A DNA stretch of 32,000 bases. Source: Candidatus Saccharimonadota bacterium. Lineage in GTDB: Bacteria > Pseudomonadota > Gammaproteobacteria > Johnevansiales > Johnevansiaceae. Position 1 is the first letter of the stretch, and each line of letters starts with the position of its first letter. This document shows positions 21,760-28,429 of the stretch, one piece after another. The position numbers were made by a program, and so were the translations under genes. The stretch spans positions 90,001 to 122,000 of the forward strand of contig NC_018677.1 in the NCBI RefSeq assembly GCF_000300075.1, in the 5' to 3' direction. The notes beneath the pieces are model-generated. The model was not told the DNA's origin, searched no databases, and was given only the letters and a program-made list of their open reading frames with translations.

Positions 21760-22300
21760 TTAATGTTTTGATAGCAGGCTTTTGTAAATGTGTCTGGCTG
21801 ATAGATTATAGTCAAAGTAGTTTTGGCCTGTAGGTATTGTTTTATTAGCTTTATTAACTTTAAATGTTTTAGTGTCCTTTAGTTTTTGCAATGTATACTT
21901 TACGGACATGCTGTGTTTATTTTTTTTTACTTTAAATAAAAAAAGTTAAACTATACTAAAATCGGTTGTATATAAAAAAATATATGGTTGTTACCTAGTT
22001 TGTTAAGTAAGGTTTTATTAACTAATAATTGTAACAACTTTTAAATATAGTTTATATTAGGATAAACATACAAAAAAGTAAAAAAAAAACAAATAGTGTG
22101 TTTGTATAATAGTTTAAAAAAAGTATTTGTTAATAAGTAGTGAGATAAAGTTAGATTTTATGATTATTTGTAGTTGGCTAATTAATTTTGTATGTAGTTG
22201 TTGTAAAAAAGAAAGTAATGTTGTTGTTTAAATAGTAATAGTAATAGTAATAGTGGTAGTGGTAGTGGTTAAGGTTAAAGTAAAAAGGAAAACACAAGTT
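21760..22300. other. 541-bp non-coding spacer between ileS and prfB. It is mostly G+T/A-rich and C-poor. The first ~140 bp are less skewed and may be a gene relic.
   Basis: No ORF. By visual composition, Cs cluster in 21760-21910 and are rare afterwards. Confidence 0.8.
22231..22269 (+). repeat. Compound hexanucleotide microsatellite (AATAGT)x4-(GGTAGT)x2-GGT
   Basis: Direct reading gives aatagt x4 (22231-22254), ggtagt x2 (22255-22266), ggt, then ttaaggttaaag. Confidence 0.9.
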
Positions 22301-23309
22301 ATGTTATGTAATGAGAAAGGAATAAAAAAAATAAAAAATAAAATACAAGAATTATACGCTAGGTTTTATAGAAATAAGGAATATTTTTGACGAATGTCAT
22401 GAAAACAAAAAGGCTATAAACAATGTTGAGAATGGTATTTATAATAATGCTGAGTTATTACACTTAGCTATAACTGAGTTAGATTCAAAACCGCTAAGTT
22501 TTATAAAACAAGACATATTTTTTTTTGAAAAAGAACTGGCAAAGTTAGATGCTGTTCGGTTGTTTTCAGGCGACTTTGATAAAAATAATGCTTATGTTGA
22601 AATAAAAGCAGGTTCTGGCGGTGTAGAGTCACAAGACTGGGCAAATATGTTAGTACGCATGTATTCAAGATGGGCAGTAACTCATGATTTTAAAACAGAA
22701 ACAGTAAATTTAAATATAGGTGAATTGTTAGGAGTAAAATCTGCAACTCTTCATATAAAAGGTGACTATGCTTTTGGATGGATGCGTACTGAAAAAGGTA
22801 TTCATCGCTTAGTTCGTAAAAGTCCTTTTGATTCAAGTAAACGGCGGCATACTTCTTTTACATCTGTTTTTGTTTATCCAGAAATAACAAGTAAAGTACA
22901 TAATATAAAAATAAATACAAAGGAATTAAGAATTGACACTTACAGATCAAGTGGTGCAGGCGGGCAACATGTAAACACTACTGATTCCGCTGTAAGAATA
23001 ACGCATTTGCCTACAAAGATCGTTGTTGAATGTCAAAGTGAACGCTCTCAACATAGTAATAAAGAACGAGCATTAACGCTATTAAAAACAAAATTATACG
23101 ATTTTGACAAAAAAAAAGGTGAAGTAGAAAGAATAAATATAGAAAAAAAAAAAGCAGGAATATGTTGGGGTAATCAAATTAGATCATATGTGTTAGATGC
23201 TCAGAGAATAAAAGATTTACGTACCGGAGTCAAAAATAATAATTGTGAAAAAGTATTAAATGGTGAGTTAGATTTGTTTATAGAGGCAAGTATAAAGCAA
23301 GGATTATAA
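22301..23309 (+). CDS. prfB: Peptide chain release factor 2, requiring a programmed +1 ribosomal frameshift at 22385-22391
   Basis: Frame 0 (ATG 22301 to TGA 22388-22390) gives MLCNEKGIKKIKNKIQELYARFYRNKEYF*. This aligns with E. coli RF2 residues NNRIQDLTERSDVLRGYL*. The +1 frame from GAC 22389 continues DECHENKK...LFSGDFDKNNAYVEIKAGSGG...SPF...SGAGGQHVNTTDSAVRITH...WGNQIRSYVL. The ORF track only reports the +1 part, from an internal TTG (22560). Confidence 0.9.
22376..22391 (+). promoter_or_regulatory. RF2 autoregulatory +1 frameshift cassette: SD-like AAGGAA, TAT, slippery TTT, in-frame TGA, C
   Basis: AAGGAA-TAT-TTT-TGA-C has identical spacing to E. coli AGGGGG-TAT-CTT-TGA-C. The 16S 3' end in this window retains CACCUCCUUA (anti-SD). 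Confidence 0.8.
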
Positions 23310-24800
23310 ATGATTATAAAAAATTATTTAATTAAAGATCGTTTAAATAAGTTACAAGTATTGAGTAAAACCGCGAATAAAGCTGGAAAAAGTGCATTTT
23401 ATAATAAATTTCGTCGTACTAGTTTAGCAAAAAGTTTAAAAAAAATTTTTGGAGAAAAGAATAAAAAACAATTGGTTAATTTAAAGTTAACAACAGCAGT
23501 TGCAGGACGTATTATGCGTAAAAGGGGGCCTTTTATAGTTGTTCAAGATGTAAGTAGTAACATTCAGCTTTATATAGATAAAAAAACAATTTCTAATGAA
23601 ATTCATAAATATATAAAAGATTGGGATATTGGAGATATAATTGGAGCAATAGGTGACATTGATAAATCAAAAATTGGTGAACTATATTTATTGGTTAAAA
23701 AAGCTTATATTTTAACTAAAAGCATAAGACCTTTACCAAGTAAATTTCACGGTATAAAAGATCAAGAAATTAGATATAGGCACAGATATTTAGATTTTAT
23801 TATGAATAAAGAGGTACGTAAATCGTTTAAAATTCGCACACGTATTATATCGGCGCTTAGAAATTTTTTTTATGAACTTTATTTTTTAGAAGCAGAGACT
23901 CCTATATTACATTCAATGCCAGGGGGAGCAATAGCAAAACCTTTTGAAACTTATAATTATTCATTAAATATAAAATTGTATTTACGAATCGCCCCTGAAC
24001 TTTATTTAAAAAGGTTAGTTGTTGGTGGTTTTGAACGTGTATTTGAAATAAATAAAAACTTTCGTAATGAAGGCCTTTCAACTTGGCATAATCCTGAATT
24101 TACTATGTTAGAATTTTATTGGGCTTTTGCGACTTATAAGGATTTGATGGAAATCACAGAACATATGATAAGATTTGTTGCGAATGAAGCGTTAGGTACA
24201 ACAATTATTAACATCGGAAAGATTTTAAACATTGATTTATCAGAACCTTTTGATTGTTTAAGTATGCGAGACTCGCTCATTAAGTATGGTAAAACTTTTT
24301 CAATTAATAACTCTGATTTTTATGATCTAGAAAATTTGCTTTTTTTATCTAAACGAATTGGATTGACCGTAGCTAACTATAACAATTATGGAAATTTACT
24401 TAATAAACTATTTGAAGTAATTGTAGAACGAAAATTAATTAAACCAACTTTTGTCACAGACTATCCAGTAGAAGTTAGTCCTTTAGCAAGAAGTAAAGAT
24501 AGTAACCTGAATATAACAGAAAGATTTGAATTGTTTATAGGGGGTAGAGAAATAGCTAATGGTTTTTCGGAATTAAATGATTATATAGAACAATCTAACC
24601 GATTTTATTTGCAATTGAGAAACAAATATACTTATGATTTGAGTAATTTTGATATGGACTATATACGTGCCTTAGAATATGGAATGCCTCCAACTGCTGG
24701 AGAAGGAGTAGGAATTGATCGTCTTGTTATGATACTTACAAATAAAGATTCAATTCGAGATGTATTACTTTTTCCTTTGCTGCGTAGCCGTAAAGTTTAA
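23310..24800 (+). CDS. lysS: Lysyl-tRNA synthetase (class II)
   Basis: The OB-fold N-domain (AGRIM.KRG.FIV.QD....IQLY), IRYR.RYLD, FLE.ETP.L......GA.AKPF, LYLRIAPELYLKRL.VGGFERVFEI...FRNEG.S..HNPEFTMLEFY.A, ERFE.FI.GREIANGFSELND and YG.PPTAG.G.GIDRLVM..T match LysRS. The ATG directly abuts the prfB stop (conserved prfB-lysS operon). Confidence 0.95.
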   Translation: MIIKNYLIKDRLNKLQVLSKTANKAGKSAFYNKFRRTSLAKSLKKIFGEKNKKQLVNLKLTTAVAGRIMRKRGPFIVVQDVSSNIQLYIDKKTISNEIHKYIKDWDIGDIIGAIGDIDKSKIGELYLLVKKAYILTKSIRPLPSKFHGIKDQEIRYRHRYLDFIMNKEVRKSFKIRTRIISALRNFFYELYFLEAETPILHSMPGGAIAKPFETYNYSLNIKLYLRIAPELYLKRLVVGGFERVFEINKNFRNEGLSTWHNPEFTMLEFYWAFATYKDLMEITEHMIRFVANEALGTTIINIGKILNIDLSEPFDCLSMRDSLIKYGKTFSINNSDFYDLENLLFLSKRIGLTVANYNNYGNLLNKLFEVIVERKLIKPTFVTDYPVEVSPLARSKDSNLNITERFELFIGGREIANGFSELNDYIEQSNRFYLQLRNKYTYDLSNFDMDYIRALEYGMPPTAGEGVGIDRLVMILTNKDSIRDVLLFPLLRSRKV

Positions 24801-25379
24801 AAACCGACGATAAAGAAGTATATGATAGTTCCCTAAAGTAAGCTCTTTATATAAAGTCCATGTATTTGGTAACAAGAATAGATCTAACTTAGATTCAACT
24901 TCTAAGTATATTAAGGCTTTATCATTAAGCCAACCGTTCAATTCTAATAAGTTAATGCTAGGATATGCTAAACCTCTACAAAAAGGTGGATCTATAAAAA
25001 TTATATCAAAAGAGTTAGAGGCAACTTTATTAATGTGCTTTATTGAATTAGTTTTTATAATTCTAACAGACTTACAAAATTTAAGTTTTTTTTTATTAAG
25101 GTACAAATTTTTAACAAAAGATTTGTTAGTTTCAAGGAATAACACATATTTTGCACCTCTAGATATAGCTTCAAAACCTAGTGAACCGCTACCAGCGTAT
25201 AAATCAAAAATAGTTTTATTGGTTATATCATTTTTTATCAAATCAAAGAAAATTTCTCGCACATTAATTAATGTAGGTCTAACGCATCTACCGCCATGAA
25301 GATTGGTATATGGTAAATTAAGGATACTACGTTTTTTACAACCTCCAATTAATCTAATCACATTAAAATAATTAATCAT
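24765..25379 (-). CDS. rsmD: 16S rRNA (guanine966-N2)-methyltransferase RsmD
   Basis: IRLIGG..K.R.L.......RPT...VRE..F..I, the SAM motif DLYAGSGSLGFEA.SRGA, the catalytic DPPF motif (IIFIDPPFCRGL) and LLE.NGWL.DKALIY.E are colinear with E. coli RsmD (YhhF). The 3' end overlaps the lysS 3' end by 36 nt. Confidence 0.8.
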   Translation of the reverse strand: MINYFNVIRLIGGCKKRSILNLPYTNLHGGRCVRPTLINVREIFFDLIKNDITNKTIFDLYAGSGSLGFEAISRGAKYVLFLETNKSFVKNLYLNKKKLKFCKSVRIIKTNSIKHINKVASNSFDIIFIDPPFCRGLAYPSINLLELNGWLNDKALIYLEVESKLDLFLLPNTWTLYKELTLGNYHILLYRRFLNFTATQQRKK

Positions 25380-25384
25380 AAATA

Positions 25385-25393
25385 TGATATAAT
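25385..25393 (+). promoter_or_regulatory. Candidate extended -10 element (TGATATAAT) for rpoH in the 59-bp rsmD/rpoH divergent region
   Basis: It is an exact match to the TGnTATAAT consensus, 45 nt upstream of the rpoH ATG. No clear -35 is present. In AT-rich DNA such matches arise by chance fairly often. Confidence 0.3.
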
Positions 25394-25438
25394 TTCAACT
25401 AATATAGGAGTAAACAAAAGTTTTTAAAGGAGTAGGCT

Positions 25439-26281
25439 ATGATACAAAATTATCCAGAAACGAATATAGAAGGTTATATTAAAACAGTTTTAGGTTTTCC
25501 TATAATTTCTGCACAAGACGAGTATGATTTAGCAAGAAGGTTAAGAAATAAAGGAGATTTAGATGCAGCTCGTTGTTTAGTAATATCTAATTTACGATTT
25601 GTTATTCATATAGCTCGTAGTTATTCAGGATATGGATTACAGAATTCTGATATAATTCAAGAAGGCAATGTAGGACTAATGAAAGCAGTAAAACGATTTG
25701 ATCCTGCTCATGGTGTTCGTTTAGTTTCATTTGCTATACATTGGATAAAAGCAGAAATACATGAATATGTTTTAAGAAATTGGAGAATTGTAAAAATAGC
25801 TACAACAAAATCTCAAAGGAAATTATTTTTTAGTTTAAGATGTGCAAAAACAAGTTTAAATTGGTTAAATAGAGAGGAAATAAAGTCAATAGCAAAGGAC
25901 CTAAACGTAAAGCCCACGGTAGTAAGAGAGATGGAGTGTAGATTGTCATCAACAGATTATGGATTTGATAATAAACAAAAAGAAGAAAAGAACAATTATA
26001 AAAATCCTTCTAATTATCTAGAGGATTCACGATTTGATCCTGCTCTTCAGTTTGAAAATTTTGATTTTGAAAGATATTCTTATAGACGTTTATATGTTGC
26101 TTTAAATAAACTTGATGAACGCGTAAGAGATATTTTAAAACAACGTTGGTTGAACGAACAAAAAGCAACATTACATGAATTAGCTGATATTTATGGTGTA
26201 TCAGCTGAACGGATTCGTCAATTAGAACAACGTGCCATAAAAAAAATAAAAAATTATATTAACATATCAACTTATATATAG
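25439..26281 (+). CDS. rpoH: RNA polymerase sigma-32 (heat-shock sigma factor RpoH)
   Basis: LRFV.HIAR.Y.GYGL...D.IQEGN.GLMKAV.RF.P..GVRLVSFA.HWIKAEIHEY.LRNWRIVK.ATTK.QRKLFF.LR includes the RpoH box. The C-terminal L.ELAD.YGVSAERIRQLE..A.KK matches region 4.2. AAGGAG lies at 25427-25432. Confidence 0.95.
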   Translation: MIQNYPETNIEGYIKTVLGFPIISAQDEYDLARRLRNKGDLDAARCLVISNLRFVIHIARSYSGYGLQNSDIIQEGNVGLMKAVKRFDPAHGVRLVSFAIHWIKAEIHEYVLRNWRIVKIATTKSQRKLFFSLRCAKTSLNWLNREEIKSIAKDLNVKPTVVREMECRLSSTDYGFDNKQKEEKNNYKNPSNYLEDSRFDPALQFENFDFERYSYRRLYVALNKLDERVRDILKQRWLNEQKATLHELADIYGVSAERIRQLEQRAIKKIKNYINISTYI

Positions 26282-26294
26282 CTAAGGATTTAAA

Positions 26295-26510
26295 ATGACT
26301 AAAAGATGTCAAATAACTTATAAAAAGCCAATGCAAGGTAATAATGTTTCTCATTCACATAGAAAAACACGTAGAAGGTTTATGCCAAATTTACAAAAAC
26401 ATAGGTTTTGGATAAAGAAAGAAAAACGCTATATAAAAATGCATATAACTACAAAAGGTATGCGGATAATAGATAAATATGGTATAGAAAAAGTCTTAAT
26501 AAAAACATGA
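26295..26510 (+). CDS. rpmB: 50S ribosomal protein L28
   Basis: M.KRCQIT.KKPM.GNNVSHS.RKT.RRF.PNL.KHRFW...EKR.....[14 protein letters not shown] aligns with E. coli L28. Confidence 0.93.
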   Translation: MTKRCQITYKKPMQGNNVSHSHRKTRRRFMPNLQKHRFWIKKEKRYIKMHITTKGMRIIDKYGIEKVLIKT

Positions 26511-26526
26511 GTCTGGAGATGGTGTA

Positions 26527-26676
26527 GTGAGAAAAAAGATAAAGTTAGTTTCAACTAAAGGCACGGGTCACTGTTATTCAACTTATAAAAACAAACGAGA
26601 AAATAAAAAGAAATTAAACTTAAAAAAATATGATCCTATAATACGTAGACATGTGAATTATCGGGAATCTAAATAA
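26527..26676 (+). CDS. rpmG: 50S ribosomal protein L33
   Basis: Not in the ORF track (49 aa). It has a GTG start with GGAG at 26515-26518. My translation [49 protein letters not shown] aligns with E. coli L33 ([49 protein letters not shown]). The rpmB-rpmG pair is conserved. Confidence 0.88.
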   Translation: MRKKIKLVSTKGTGHCYSTYKNKRENKKKLNLKKYDPIIRRHVNYRESK

Positions 26677-26934
26677 AATATTTATTTCTCTAATAACTTA
26701 TTTTGCTATTATTTTCGTAACTTAACAAGAATTTATATTACTTTTTAATAATAATTTGTTTCTTTTCTAATTCTTATTTATCTCTGTAGTTTAAGAAAGT
26801 TTTGCTTGGTTTGCTTTTTTTTATTTTAGTAGTTTGCTTTAAAAGTTTTTATGTAAAAAAAATTATGCTTTAGTATAGTTGTTATTCTTATTTATTTTGT
26901 ATTTTTATATGATAATAGGTGTAAGTTGTAAAAG

Positions 26935-26960
26935 TTTAGCCTTTAGCCTTTAGCCTTTAG
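26935..26960 (+). repeat. Heptanucleotide tandem repeat (TTTAGCC)x3 plus a partial unit
   Basis: Direct reading gives tttagcc tttagcc tttagcc tttag. Confidence 0.9.
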
Positions 26961-27123
26961 TAGTGTAGTATCTGTTTTAGCATTTATGTTAGACATTTGT
27001 GTTAAATCATATGCTTTATGATTTGTTAATATTTAAATATTCAGTATAAAGTAGTTAAATTAGAGGTTTTGTGTAAATAGTTTGTGTTATATGTTAAGAT
27101 GAGTAATTAAGTTATTATTTAAA

Positions 27124-27147
27124 AGTTTGTGAGTTTGTGAGTTTGTT
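27124..27147 (+). repeat. Octanucleotide tandem repeat (GTTTGTGA)x2 plus a degenerate third unit (GTTTGTTA)
   Basis: Direct reading gives gtttgtga gtttgtga gtttgtta. Confidence 0.9.
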
Positions 27148-27957
27148 AATGTTAAATTTATGTCTTTCTTATTTGTTTTAATACAAAGTTGTTTGTTAAA
27201 AAAAATGGACTTTGTACCTGTTAAAAAAAATGTATATAGTTGGTTTAATTGTTTTATGAAAAAGTTAGATGAAATTAGTATATAGTAGTAGATGCAATAA
27301 GTGGTTGAGTAGTAGTGCTTGTAAGTAGTATATGATTAAAAAAAAAAGATAAATGTTTTGTTAAAAGTGGTAAGTTAAAACAAAAATGTGTGTAGAGGGT
27401 AATTCAGATGTTTGTTATAAAAATGTATAAATGACTTTTAAGAAGCAAGAAAGTGTAGTTAATGTTAATTGATTGTTTATAATTCAAGGATGTGATATAA
27501 AAATATGTTGTTACTATGTAAAGAATTTATGTTCTTGTTATATATGAATTGTATTGTGTATTTATTATTAAAAATTGAAAAGGTTTTAATTGCGAAGTTT
27601 GCATGTTATTGCATATGTATAGTAAAGAAATTATAGTGGTATTTGTTGTATTGTAAAGAGAGTGTATGTTTGTTATTTTTTTTTAGTTTGTGTAAAAAGG
27701 GTTAATTGTAGTTGTTCAAGGTATTTAAAAAGGGGTATAGTAATTAATATAAGGTAGAAGTAGGTAAGTATTGGTTGATAAAGGAGTACGGATGGTGTTG
27801 TAGATGATAAAAGATTGAAGGTGATTATTGAAAACAAAATTGATTGTCTAAAGTGTAAAATTGGTTAATAAAAAAAAAAGAAAACGAGATACATATATTG
27901 TATGTATGTTATGAACGATATATTCATTTAAAATATATTACTAAACTTAGTTATTAT

Positions 27958-27986
27958 TTGACAATAAACTATAGGTTAAATATACT
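27958..27986 (+). promoter_or_regulatory. Candidate sigma-70 promoter: TTGACA, 17 nt, TATACT, oriented toward the rRNA operon
   Basis: A perfect -35 hexamer lies at 27958-27963, followed by an exactly 17-nt spacer and a 5/6 -10 (TATACT, 27981-27986). Upstream DNA is AT-rich. It is the only TTGACA I found in the four large spacers. It lies about 1.2 kb upstream of the mature 16S 5' end, so its function is uncertain. Confidence 0.35.
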
Positions 27987-28003
27987 AACCTTATATGTAA
28001 ATT

Positions 28004-28171
28004 AAAACAAAAACAAAAACAAAAACAAAAACAAAAACAAAAACAAAAACAAAAACAAAAACAAAAATTAAAACTAAAAATAAAAATAAAAACTAAAACT
28101 AAAACTAAAATAAAAATAAAAACTAAATTTAAAACTAAAACTAAAACTAATACTAATACTAATACTAATAC
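28004..28171 (+). repeat. Compound period-6 microsatellite: about 10 units of AAAAAC, then degenerate (AAAACT/AAAAAT)n, then (CTAATA)x4
   Basis: Cs occur every 6 nt at 28008, 28014 ... 28062. Then come ctaaaa/ataaaa hexamers to about 28146, then ctaata x4 at 28147-28170 plus c. Period 6 is maintained for about 168 nt, with a single G at the very start (28074... none seen inside the array). Confidence 0.92.
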
Positions 28172-28410
28172 AAAAACAAATTAAAATAGATTTAAATAGT
28201 TAAAAAGGTTTATAAAAATACAAAAAGGTATAATATTTGATTCGTGTAAAATTGTTAAAAGATTTTAAAGGTGTAATTTGTACATTGTTAATAAAAAAAA
28301 TAATTTTGTAAAAGAAAAAGTATAGTTTGTGATGCTGTGTAAAAGCGATAACATGATAAATGGAATAGAAGATAAGTAGAAAAAGAAAGAATGTATAATA
28401 GATAAAATGT

Positions 28411-28429
28411 TAGTAGTTAGTAGTTAGTA
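28411..28429 (+). repeat. Heptanucleotide repeat (TAGTAGT)x2 plus a partial unit
   Basis: Direct reading gives tagtagt tagtagt tagta. Similar tagt-rich words continue at 28450-28465. Confidence 0.8.

Noticed and set aside
24955-25299. A 114-aa plus-strand ORF lies antisense to rsmD.
   Set aside because: The minus-strand frame carries the complete RsmD motif set (SAM-binding GSG, DPPF). The plus-strand ORF has no recognisable similarity.
28004-28171. I considered whether the regular repeat array could be a CRISPR array or a phase-variation switch.
   Set aside because: The unit length is 6 nt with no unique spacers, there are no cas genes, and the array is not inside a CDS or between -35 and -10 elements. 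It is a simple compound microsatellite.
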